Source: an uncultured Bacilli bacterium
GTDB taxonomy: Bacteria > Bacillota_I > Bacilli_A > RF39 > UBA660
Length of the DNA: 64,000 bases
Direction of reading: 5' to 3'
NCBI GenBank assembly: GCA_947628275.1
Contig: CANQZD010000001.1
Span: 16,401 to 80,400 of the forward strand
Shown: positions 49,458 through 58,581 of the stretch, piece by piece
How positions within the stretch are numbered: the stretch's first letter is position 1
How the letters are laid out: each line of letters starts with the position of its first letter
Position numbers and translations under genes: made by a program
Notes under the pieces: model-generated
What the model was told of the DNA's origin: nothing
Seen by the model: the letters and a program-made list of their open reading frames with translations, nothing else
Databases searched by the model: none

Positions 49458-50627
49458 ATGCAAAAATTATTTCGTAAAATTGATAAACCATTATTTTTTA
49501 TGATGCTATTATATTCAATATTAGGTTTGGTTATGATTTTATCAGCATCAAGTGTTTCAGCAGTTTTACGTTATGATGTATCAACTTATTATTTCTTTGC
49601 CAGACAATTAATTTATTTAGTTATTGCCATTATTATTGGGATTGTTATTTTAACGATTCCAACGAAAAGTTATAGTTTTTGGAGTAAGTTATATTTGATT
49701 TTAGTAATTGTTTTATTAGGATTAGTTTTTAGTTATGGGGTAATTGCTGGTGGTGCTCAAAGTTGGTTAGATTTAGGATTTTTTAATTTACAACCTACAG
49801 AATTTGCTAAAACGGCAATAATTATTTTTATGGGAACTTTTTATGAAAAAAGTATTAAAAAGCAAAAGCCGTTTACATATAATTTAATTCCGTTTATTTT
49901 AGCTTTTATCATTTTTTTCTTTATTGCTAAACAACCTGATTTAGGTGGAGCAGCTATTGTAGCAGGAATTGCTTATTTTACTTTTTTAGTCGTGCCTTTT
50001 CCTAAAAAAAGTAAAGTAAATATTATAAAAAATTTAGGTATTGCTGTGATTATTGGAGCTTTTGTTTTACTTTATACGAAGTCAGATTTATTTAATAGTA
50101 GTCAGTTACAAAGATTGAAATTTCAAGCTCCGTGTAGTCGATATATGGATGATACTGGTTATCAAGTATGTAATGGTTTTATTGCTTTTCATAATGGAGG
50201 TCTTTTTGGAGTTGGACTAGGTAATTCAACTCAAAAATATTTATATTTACCGGAAGCTCATACTGATTTTATTTTTCCAATTATTGTTGAAGAGTTAGGT
50301 TTAATTGTTGGAATATTAGTTATTTTAGGTTATGTGTATATGCTATATCGAATATTAAAATTAGCTAAAAGGGCTGATGTTATTCGTAATCAAATTATTT
50401 GTTATGGAACTTTTATATATCTTTTGCTACATTTATTAATTAATTTTCTAGGTATTTTAGCGCTTATTCCTTTAACTGGTGTTCCATTACCATTTTTAAG
50501 TTATGGAGGTTCTTTTTGTATCAATATTATTGCCATGATGTTTGTTTTACAAAGAATATCTATTGAAACTTATGATAGTGAGCAAAAAAGAGAAATTGAT
50601 AATTTAGCAAGAATAGATTATAATTAA
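49458..50627 (+). CDS. SEDS-family peptidoglycan polymerase (FtsW/RodA/SpoVE)
   Basis: It has 10 TM segments. The family block 'AHTDFIFPIIVEELG' and the C-terminal 'PLTGVPLPFLSYGGS' are present. Confidence 0.8.
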   Translation: MQKLFRKIDKPLFFMMLLYSILGLVMILSASSVSAVLRYDVSTYYFFARQLIYLVIAIIIGIVILTIPTKSYSFWSKLYLILVIVLLGLVFSYGVIAGGAQSWLDLGFFNLQPTEFAKTAIIIFMGTFYEKSIKKQKPFTYNLIPFILAFIIFFFIAKQPDLGGAAIVAGIAYFTFLVVPFPKKSKVNIIKNLGIAVIIGAFVLLYTKSDLFNSSQLQRLKFQAPCSRYMDDTGYQVCNGFIAFHNGGLFGVGLGNSTQKYLYLPEAHTDFIFPIIVEELGLIVGILVILGYVYMLYRILKLAKRADVIRNQIICYGTFIYLLLHLLINFLGILALIPLTGVPLPFLSYGGSFCINIIAMMFVLQRISIETYDSEQKREIDNLARIDYN

Positions 50628-50644
50628 GATGAGGAGTTGATAAA

Positions 50645-51328
50645 ATGTTATTAGATGTTATTATTATTTTATTTTTATTAATGGGAATGATTGTTGGTTT
50701 TAAACGAGGAGTTTTTAAAAGTGCAGTCATGTTTATTGGCAGTATTGTGGTTTTAGTTTTAGCTTTTTATTTAAAAAATCCTGTTTCAAAATTAATGTAT
50801 ACTTATTTACCATTTTTTGATATGAAAGTAAAAGTTCTTAATATAATTATATATGAGGCTATAGCTTTTATTATTGTTTATGTAATTTTAATGGTTATTT
50901 TACAAATACTTATTAAAATAACTGGTATTTTTGAGAAAATATTAAAGTTTACGATTATTTTAGGAATTCCTTCTAAATTATTAGGTGCCGTTTTTGGTTT
51001 ATTTGAAAGTTATGTTTTTATATTTTTACTATTATTTTTAGGTAGTAGATTATCTTTATTAACTCCGTTAGTAAAGGAAAGCAAGGTAGCTAATTTTATA
51101 ATGGTTAAAAGTCCAATCATATCAAATATTACAAATGATTATTATCAATCTTGGGAAGAAATATATAGTTTAAAAGAAAAATATGCAAATAATAATGAAT
51201 ATAATAAAGAAGCATTAGATATTTTATTAAAGTATAATTTAATTACTCCAGAAGCTGCTAGTGGTTTAGTAAAACAAGGGAAATTAGATTTTAATGGAGC
51301 TGATGAAGTAATAGAAAAGTATAGGTGA
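50645..51328 (+). CDS. CvpA-family membrane protein
   Basis: The N-terminal 'DVIIILFLLMGMIVGFKRGVFKS' and four TM segments. Confidence 0.6.
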   Translation: MLLDVIIILFLLMGMIVGFKRGVFKSAVMFIGSIVVLVLAFYLKNPVSKLMYTYLPFFDMKVKVLNIIIYEAIAFIIVYVILMVILQILIKITGIFEKILKFTIILGIPSKLLGAVFGLFESYVFIFLLLFLGSRLSLLTPLVKESKVANFIMVKSPIISNITNDYYQSWEEIYSLKEKYANNNEYNKEALDILLKYNLITPEAASGLVKQGKLDFNGADEVIEKYR

Positions 51329-51627
51329 GGAAAATGATTAAGTATTTAGAAGATGAAAATGATTTTGCAAAAGAAATTAATGTTGATAAAATATTGGTTG
51401 ATTTTTATGCTGATTGGTGTGGACCATGTAAAATGATGGGTCAAGTTTTAGAAAAGTTAGAGGATACTTTAGTTTTAAAAGTAAATGTAGATAAATTTCC
51501 TAATTTAGCTAAAGAATATCAGGTAATGTCAATTCCTACTTTAATTTTATTTAAAAAAGGTGAATTTGTTGCTAAAAATATTGGAATGATGGCTTTAGAT
51601 GAATTAAAAACTTGGTTGAATAAGTAA
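51325..51627 (+). CDS. trxA: Thioredoxin
   Basis: The 'WCGPCK' active site and the 100-aa size. Confidence 0.85.
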   Translation: MRKMIKYLEDENDFAKEINVDKILVDFYADWCGPCKMMGQVLEKLEDTLVLKVNVDKFPNLAKEYQVMSIPTLILFKKGEFVAKNIGMMALDELKTWLNK

Positions 51628-51633
51628 AAAATC

Positions 51634-51662
51634 TTGTAAGTAGAGATAAAATTTGATACAAT
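51634..51662 (+). promoter_or_regulatory. Sigma-A promoter TTGTAA-17-(TG)TACAAT upstream of the rpsB leader
   Basis: Direct reading. It is followed by a 120-nt leader containing a small hairpin. Confidence 0.45.
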
Positions 51663-51783
51663 ACCATTGGCTTATGAAAAGCAAATAAACATGCTTTAGG
51701 GATTATTCTTTTCGAGTGCTCGTGGCATCGAGTGAAGAGGATAAGAAGAACTAGGCAGAAGATTAACGAAGGAGGATGTTTTT

Positions 51784-52638
51784 ATGGCCGTAGTTTCTAA
51801 AAATAATTTATTAGAGGCTGGAGTTCATTTTGGACATCAAACAAAAAGATGGAATCCAAAAATGAAACCTTATATTTTTGGGGCAAGAGATGATATTTAT
51901 ATTATCGATTTGGATAAAACCTTAGAAGAAATTGAAAAATCATATAATGCCTTAAAGGATATTGCTACAAATGGAGGTACTTTCCTATTTGTTGGTACTA
52001 AAAAACAAGCTGGTGAAGTTTGTCGTGAGGAAGCATTAAGAAGTAATTCTTATTTTGTTACTGAACGTTGGTTAGGTGGAACTTTAACTAATTTTAGAAC
52101 AATTAGAAGAAGAGTAAACCGTCTTGAAGAAATTGAAAAAATGGAAAAAGATGGAGTATTTAATGTTTTACCTAAAAAAGAAGTTGTTGGACTTAAAAAA
52201 GAATATGACAAATTAAATCGTTTACTTGAAGGTATTAGAGGAATGGTTAAATTACCTCAAGCTTTAATTATTGTTGATTCAAAGAAAGAAGCTAATGCTA
52301 TTAAAGAAGCTAGAAAGTTAAATATTCCGGTTTTTGGTTTAATTGACACTAATTGTGATCCAGATGATGTAGATTATATTATTCCTGGTAACGATGATGC
52401 AATTCGTTCAATTAAAGTTTGCTTAGGTGCTTTAACAAACGCAATTTGTGAAGCTAATAATTTAGAACTAGTTGACTATGTTACTGATATTGAACCAACT
52501 AATGAAGAAAATAAAAAGAGTGAAACTAGTAAAGTTGATGAAAAAGTCAAAGAAGAAGTTAGTTCTAAAGAAGAAAATGAAGTAGAAGAAAAACCAAAAA
52601 GAGGTCGTAAACCTAAAAAAGTTGAAGAAGAAAATTAA
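51784..52638 (+). CDS. rpsB: 30S ribosomal protein S2 with a Lys/Glu-rich C-terminal extension
   Basis: '[18 protein letters not shown]' matches S2. The 284-aa protein ends '...[15 protein letters not shown]'. Confidence 0.9.
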   Translation: MAVVSKNNLLEAGVHFGHQTKRWNPKMKPYIFGARDDIYIIDLDKTLEEIEKSYNALKDIATNGGTFLFVGTKKQAGEVCREEALRSNSYFVTERWLGGTLTNFRTIRRRVNRLEEIEKMEKDGVFNVLPKKEVVGLKKEYDKLNRLLEGIRGMVKLPQALIIVDSKKEANAIKEARKLNIPVFGLIDTNCDPDDVDYIIPGNDDAIRSIKVCLGALTNAICEANNLELVDYVTDIEPTNEENKKSETSKVDEKVKEEVSSKEENEVEEKPKRGRKPKKVEEEN

Positions 52639-52657
52639 AAAAGAAAGAGGGATATAT

Positions 52658-53539
52658 ATGGAAGTTACTGCTCAAATGGTTAAAGAACTTCGTGAAACAA
52701 GCGGAGCAGGAATGATGGACTGCAAAAAAGCTTTAGCAGAAACTAATGGTGATATGAATGCTGCTTTAGATTATTTAAGAGAAAAAGGAATTTCTAAAGC
52801 AACTAAAAAAGAAAGTAGAATTGCTGCTGAAGGTTTAGCTAATATTTATGTTAAAGAAAATAAAGCAGTTATTTTAGAAGTTAATAGTGAAACTGATTTT
52901 GTTAGTAAAAATGAGGAATTTAGAAGTATGATTGACGAAATTGGGGAAGCTTTATTAACTAGTGAGGCAAAGAGTATTGAAGAAGCAAATGAAATTAAAA
53001 CTGCTAGTGGAGTTTCTATTAAAGATTTAATTGTGGCTAAGATAGCTAAGATTGGTGAAAAACTTTCATTTAGACGTTTTACTATTGTAAATAAAGAAGA
53101 TAATGAAACTTTTGGTAGTTATATTCATATGGGTGGTAAAATTGCTTCTTTAGTAGTTATCAGTGGTGATAATGAAGAAGCTGCTAAAGATGTAGCTATG
53201 CAACAAGCAGCAATGCGCCCAACATATACTTTTATTAGTGATGTACCTGCCGATGTTTTAGAAAAAGAACGTTCTGTTCAAAAAGAATTAGCAATGAATG
53301 AAGGAAAACCTGCTGATATTGCTGAAAAGATGGTTGAAGGTAGAATTAATAAATTTTATAAAGAAGTTTGTTTAAATGAACAAGTTTTTGTTAAAGATAA
53401 TGGACTTACAATTAAAAGCTATTTAAAAAATAATAATAGTGAATTAAAATTAGCTATTCGTTATGAAGTTGGTGAAGGTATGGAAAAAAGAAATGAAGAC
53501 TTTGCTGCAGAAGTAATGAATCAAGTTAATGGTAAATAG
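52658..53539 (+). CDS. tsf: Elongation factor Ts
   Basis: 'VTAQMVKELRETSGAGMMDCKKAL' matches the UBA-like N-terminus. Start taken at MEVT. Confidence 0.9.
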   Translation: MEVTAQMVKELRETSGAGMMDCKKALAETNGDMNAALDYLREKGISKATKKESRIAAEGLANIYVKENKAVILEVNSETDFVSKNEEFRSMIDEIGEALLTSEAKSIEEANEIKTASGVSIKDLIVAKIAKIGEKLSFRRFTIVNKEDNETFGSYIHMGGKIASLVVISGDNEEAAKDVAMQQAAMRPTYTFISDVPADVLEKERSVQKELAMNEGKPADIAEKMVEGRINKFYKEVCLNEQVFVKDNGLTIKSYLKNNNSELKLAIRYEVGEGMEKRNEDFAAEVMNQVNGK

Positions 53540-53563
53540 ATATGTGTAGACATATCTTTTTTA
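53538..53563 (+). terminator. Rho-independent terminator after tsf
   Basis: 'AGATATGTgtagACATATCT' followed by T6. Confidence 0.6.
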
Positions 53564-53616
53564 TTTGGATAACTTATTAAAGACTTTTTGCTAAAAAAAT
53601 GATACTATAATAATAG

Positions 53617-54168
53617 GTGGTAGATATGAGATATGTTGTTTTAATTATCCTCGTTTTAGGAATAATAGCTATTTATTATTTTAATAGTTTTACTAAGAGT
53701 CAAAATAAAGTTAAAGAAGCTTTTGCAACTTTAGATGTTTATTTGAAAAAAAGATGGGAATTAATTCCAAATTTAGTTAATACAATTAAAGGCTATGCTT
53801 TTTATGAAAAAACGACTTTTGAAACAATAATTGCTAAGCGACAATTAGATTATGATAATTTAAATAAAGAAGAGAAAAAACTTGATGATCAACAGATGGA
53901 ACAAACAGTAGTAAATTTAATGGCAGTTAAAGAAGCTTATCCTGAATTAAAAGCTAATGAAAATTTTCAAAAATTAATGAAAGAATTAGTTTTAATAGAA
54001 GATGAATTAGTAAAAGCAAGAAAATATTATAATGCAACAGTAAGAATTTTAAATAATAAATTAATGGTTTTTCCTAATAATATTTTTGCTAAGTTATTTC
54101 GCTTTAAACCTTATTTGATGTTTGAGGCAACAAATGAGGAAAAAAATAATGCTGAGGTTAAGTTATGA
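53617..54168 (+). CDS. LemA-family protein
   Basis: An N-terminal TM segment followed by the LemA consensus region 'LDVYLKKRWELIPNLV'. Confidence 0.7.
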   Translation: MVDMRYVVLIILVLGIIAIYYFNSFTKSQNKVKEAFATLDVYLKKRWELIPNLVNTIKGYAFYEKTTFETIIAKRQLDYDNLNKEEKKLDDQQMEQTVVNLMAVKEAYPELKANENFQKLMKELVLIEDELVKARKYYNATVRILNNKLMVFPNNIFAKLFRFKPYLMFEATNEEKNNAEVKL

Positions 54169-55988
54169 AAAAATTAGGATTTATATTAGCCCTTTTTTTA
54201 TTTATTCCTTTGGTTTATGCTGAAGACTACACAATTAGTAATTATGAAGTAAATATTAAAGTTAATGAGGATAATTCTTATAATATAATTGAGACTATAA
54301 CGGCTAATTTTAATACAAAAAAACATGGTATATATCGAACGATTCCCTTAAGAAATGAAGTCGCTAGGGCAGATGGAACTAAAGATGTTACATATGCTAA
54401 AATTAAGAATGTTCAAGTAGATAATCCTTTTGAGACTTTAAATCAAGATAGTATGTATACAATTAAGATTGGTTCACAGTATTCTTATGTGGAAGGTAAG
54501 AAAACGTATAGATTATATTATACTTATGATTTGTTTAGGGCAGAAAAGCAAAAAAAATATGATGAATTTTATTTTAATATTATTGGACCAGATTGGGATA
54601 CAACAATAGATAGGGTAGATTTTACTATTACGATGCCTAAAGATTTTGATAAAAATAAAATTGGTTTTTCATCAGGATATTTAGGAGAAAGTGAAACAGA
54701 AGGTATTAGTTATGAAGTAAATGGTAATGTCATTAAAGGTTCTTTAAATAGAAGACTATATGCTAAGGAAGCTTTAACGGTTAGAATTGAATTAGAAGAA
54801 GGATATTTTACTAAAAGATTTAATGTTGAAGATTTATCAATAATTGTCAGTTTGGTTAGTTTGATTTTCTCATTTTTATTGTGGTGGTTTTATGGCAAAG
54901 ATGAAAAAGTTGTTGATACAGTTGAGTTTTATCCACCGGATAATTTAAATAGCTTAGAATTAAGTTTCAGGTATCGAGGTACAGTCCGAGATAAAGATGT
55001 TACTTCTTTGTTGATTTATTTGGCTAATAAAGGTTATGTAAAAATTAGTGAGATAAATAGTGTTACAAATTTTAATAAAAATGATTTTCAAATAACTAAA
55101 ATAAAAGATTATGATGGTAATAATAATTTAGAAAAAATTTTTATGGATGGATTATTTAAATATGGAGCTACGAAAGTTACTTCTGATGATTTGTATGATA
55201 ATTTTTACCGAACAACTGAGAAATTAAAAAAAGAAGTTATGAGTAAAGAAAATCGTAATTTAATTTATGATAAAATGGTTGATAAGAAAGCTAATTATAA
55301 TTTATTTTTAATTATTTTAACAATTTTTGTAGCATTTATTTTACCGTTAATGGTAAGTGGTTATTTATTATTAGCTATTATACCAATATTTTTAGCTTTG
55401 TTTTATATCCCATTTTATAAAGTTATTATTAAAACTAAATCAATTGTTTTAGGTTTATTTATTGGATTACATTCAGGAGTGTTTTTTATAGTCGTTTTTA
55501 GTAATATTCTAAGTTATTTTCCTTATTTATTAACAAATTTTGTTGTGGCAGGAATATGTTTAATTTTAATGATTATAATATATTTTAATATGCCTAAGCG
55601 TAATAAATATGGATTAGAAATTTTGGGGCGAATTAACGGCTTTAAAAATTTCTTGGAAACTGCTGAAAAAACACAATTAGAAAATTTAGTTTTAAAAAAT
55701 CCTGAGTATTTTTATGAAATATTACCATATACTTATGTTTTAGATATATCAGATAAATGGATAAGTAAGTTCGAAGAAATTAATTTACAGGCACCTGATT
55801 GGTATTATGGTACTGATTTTGATTATCATCATTTTAATCATTTTGTTACTCATACCATTAATGACACCAGAAGTTTTACTGGCTCAAAAGCTAGTTCAAG
55901 TGGTGGTGGTTCAGGATTTTCTAGTTCATCTAGTGGTGGGGGATTTTCTGGCGGCGGCTCAGGAGGAGGCGGCGGCGGTTCGTGGTAA
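54165..55988 (+). CDS. DUF2207-like membrane protein with a C-terminal Gly/Ser-rich tail
   Basis: A signal peptide, an extracytoplasmic domain, about 5 TM segments and the tail 'SSGGGSGFSSSSSGGGFSGGGSGGGGGGSW'. It overlaps LemA by 4 nt, which is a typical LemA/DUF2207 pairing. Confidence 0.5.
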   Translation: MKKLGFILALFLFIPLVYAEDYTISNYEVNIKVNEDNSYNIIETITANFNTKKHGIYRTIPLRNEVARADGTKDVTYAKIKNVQVDNPFETLNQDSMYTIKIGSQYSYVEGKKTYRLYYTYDLFRAEKQKKYDEFYFNIIGPDWDTTIDRVDFTITMPKDFDKNKIGFSSGYLGESETEGISYEVNGNVIKGSLNRRLYAKEALTVRIELEEGYFTKRFNVEDLSIIVSLVSLIFSFLLWWFYGKDEKVVDTVEFYPPDNLNSLELSFRYRGTVRDKDVTSLLIYLANKGYVKISEINSVTNFNKNDFQITKIKDYDGNNNLEKIFMDGLFKYGATKVTSDDLYDNFYRTTEKLKKEVMSKENRNLIYDKMVDKKANYNLFLIILTIFVAFILPLMVSGYLLLAIIPIFLALFYIPFYKVIIKTKSIVLGLFIGLHSGVFFIVVFSNILSYFPYLLTNFVVAGICLILMIIIYFNMPKRNKYGLEILGRINGFKNFLETAEKTQLENLVLKNPEYFYEILPYTYVLDISDKWISKFEEINLQAPDWYYGTDFDYHHFNHFVTHTINDTRSFTGSKASSSGGGSGFSSSSSGGGFSGGGSGGGGGGSW

Positions 55989-56053
55989 AATTAATTATTG
56001 CTAAATAAAATAAAGATTGATATAATATTTTTATAGTAGGAGCGTGTTAAAAT

Positions 56054-58339
56054 ATGAAAGATGAAAATGAAGTTTTACACACAACTAAGGAAGTTATTAA
56101 TCTTGATGAATTGACTGAATCAGCTATTAATAGTATTGAACAAATTGTTGATGAAAATATGGTTGAAGCTGATTTACAATTTCAAGAAGAAATTGAACAA
56201 TTACATGTGCCAGAAGATACAATGATATTAGAACCGGATACTAAAGATAAAAAAACTAAAAAAGAAAATATTTTTAAAAAATTAAAAGATAAATGGCAAA
56301 AATTATCAAAGAAAAAAAAGATTATAATTATTGTTGTTAGTATTATTGTTCTTATTTTAATTGGAGTAGGTTTATTTTTCTTATTGAGTCGAAAACCTGA
56401 ATCTCTAGCTCCTGAAGTTCCTGATGTAATTGTTTTAGAAGATAATTATCGTTATGAAAATGGGGTTTTACATTTTTTAGATGATGAAGAAGAAATTGGG
56501 ACTTATGAATGTAATAATAAAGATGAGAATAAATGTTTTGTAGCTTATTTAACAAATGATGATGAATTTGATGGATTAAAACAAATTAATGATAATGATG
56601 ATGAAATTAATGTTAGAAGTAAAATTTATAATAATCGGTTTGTTTTTGTCTTTGATAATAAAAGTGAAAATGATGAAATTGTTAAACTATATGATATAAA
56701 AGAAAATGAAGTTAAGGAAGAATTTTTACAAGTAAAAGCTTATGATTTTATTGAAGATGCCGTTATTTTAAAAAATATGGATAGTAAATATGGCTTAGTT
56801 ACTTTTACAAGTGAAGAAGTTAAAGAGACAATTCCATATCAATATGATAAACTAGGAATATTAAGTGATGACAAGAATTTAGAAAGATTAGTTGCCAAGA
56901 AAGATGGTAGTTTCTATTTAATTAATCAAAATAATGAAGTTTTAACTAATGCGATGGCCGAGATGATTGTTGGGGCTAATAAGAAACATTTAAAAACTAA
57001 AAATGCTAATGTTTATACAGTTTTTGATTATCAAGGTAAAGAAGTTGGCAAAGGGGATTATGCATTACTTTTAGATGACTATGTTATTTTTGCAAGAGAT
57101 ATGCAGTTATTTGTTACTGATTATGAAAAACATCCAATGAATTTAGATGGAATTGCTATTAAAAATAATACTTATAATCCTATTGCTACATATAAGAATA
57201 ATAAATTAGTTAAAACTGAAAAATCATTTGATGCACAAGTTTATGATAAAAATTTGATTTTAACAATTTATGATGATAGTATTGATGATTTAGAAACAGT
57301 TACACTTAATTTGTTAGATGGTTTATATTCTGCTAATTTAGCTTTTATGAATTATTTAAACGGCAAGTTATATTTTTACAGTGATGAGAAAAAAGAAAAT
57401 TTGTTAGGTTCTTATGTATGTAGTAATAAAAATTCAATTGATAGTGTCAATGCAACATTAAAAAATTGTACTATTGCTAGTGAATCATTTTTAGCTCAAG
57501 TTAATGGTAATGAAAAAGAAGAAAATAAAGCAAATGATTTAGGTTTATTACCAGTTTTCTATAATCGTTATATCTTTATTAGGGATGGTAATGATGCTAT
57601 TGTCTTATATGATTTAAAAGAATCAAGTACAAAAGCTTGGTATACAAAAGTTGATGCTAAAATATATAATAAAGCTGATAAATTGTCTACTGTTGATAAA
57701 GGACCGTATTATTATATAGCTGAATCAGAGCGTTCTGGTAATTATGGTTTAGCTAAAATTACAGCTAATTCTGTTGAGGTTCAATTAGAATTTAAATATA
57801 ATAGTTTATATCGTCTTGGTGATTATTATGTTGTTCAAACAGATAGTGATTATTTCTTAGCTGATGTAGGTGGTAGAATTATTACTAATGCTAAGCCGGG
57901 ATCAATTGTTGATTATAATGGTTCACATTTAAAATATGTAAAAGACAATAAATATTATGTATCAGAATTTGATAAAGATAGTGATGGTAATAGTTATGAG
58001 TATATTGAATTATATGATAAGTATTATGCAGCTGTTAGTTATAATAAAGACGATAAGAAAAATTATTTAAGTATTTTTGCATATGGGGCTGAAGAACCAG
58101 TTAATAATAAGGCTGAAAATATTTTATTAGTTACTGATAAATATTATGGAGTTCCTGTTAAAGCCTTTAATTTGACTTTTGATAAAAATACAGTTAAAGT
58201 AGAAATTGCTAAAAATGAAAAGGAATATAATAGTCCAATAGTTATTGATTTAAATGAAAAATATGAAAAGCCTAAAGAAGATAAACCAGTAGATGAAGAT
58301 AACAGTCAAACTGTAGAAAATCAAGGTAATGGTGAATAA
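56054..58339 (+). CDS. Large hypothetical single-pass membrane protein (761 aa) with an acidic N-terminus and a roughly 640-aa extracytoplasmic domain
   Basis: An 'AGGAG' RBS, a TM segment 'IIIIVVSIIVLILIGVGLFFLL' and no recognisable catalytic motif. Confidence 0.5.
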   Translation: MKDENEVLHTTKEVINLDELTESAINSIEQIVDENMVEADLQFQEEIEQLHVPEDTMILEPDTKDKKTKKENIFKKLKDKWQKLSKKKKIIIIVVSIIVLILIGVGLFFLLSRKPESLAPEVPDVIVLEDNYRYENGVLHFLDDEEEIGTYECNNKDENKCFVAYLTNDDEFDGLKQINDNDDEINVRSKIYNNRFVFVFDNKSENDEIVKLYDIKENEVKEEFLQVKAYDFIEDAVILKNMDSKYGLVTFTSEEVKETIPYQYDKLGILSDDKNLERLVAKKDGSFYLINQNNEVLTNAMAEMIVGANKKHLKTKNANVYTVFDYQGKEVGKGDYALLLDDYVIFARDMQLFVTDYEKHPMNLDGIAIKNNTYNPIATYKNNKLVKTEKSFDAQVYDKNLILTIYDDSIDDLETVTLNLLDGLYSANLAFMNYLNGKLYFYSDEKKENLLGSYVCSNKNSIDSVNATLKNCTIASESFLAQVNGNEKEENKANDLGLLPVFYNRYIFIRDGNDAIVLYDLKESSTKAWYTKVDAKIYNKADKLSTVDKGPYYYIAESERSGNYGLAKITANSVEVQLEFKYNSLYRLGDYYVVQTDSDYFLADVGGRIITNAKPGSIVDYNGSHLKYVKDNKYYVSEFDKDSDGNSYEYIELYDKYYAAVSYNKDDKKNYLSIFAYGAEEPVNNKAENILLVTDKYYGVPVKAFNLTFDKNTVKVEIAKNEKEYNSPIVIDLNEKYEKPKEDKPVDEDNSQTVENQGNGE

Positions 58340-58379
58340 GGTCTTGCTTATTAAATAAAAATTTTGTAAAATAGGAAAC

Positions 58380-58562
58380 GTAAATGATGAACTTGAGGAG
58401 TACAAGTATACACTTTTAATAGAGACTTTGTGGGTGGTGGAAACAAAGAAAAGTTAACTTGGAAGGTTGCAAGGGAGTTTAATCGGATATAATCCGTTAT
58501 CAAAAAAAGTTAAATTAAGGATGGTACCGTCTTATGACTCCTTTGGTATCATCTTTTTATTT
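58380..58562 (+). promoter_or_regulatory. T-box riboswitch leader (probable Val specifier GUU) with an intrinsic terminator
   Basis: A K-turn 'AATGATGAA', the T-box sequence 'AAATTAAGGATGGTACCGTC' and the terminator GATGGTACC/GGTATCATC followed by T5. The first ATG of the track ORF lies inside the terminator. Confidence 0.7.
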
Positions 58563-58581
58563 TAAAGAAGGGAAGATTAAA

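Noticed and set aside
58534-58581. Track start codon of the synthetase ORF at 58534
   Set aside because: This ATG lies within the T-box terminator stem (GATGGTACCGTCTTATGACTCC). A proper RBS precedes ATG 58582.
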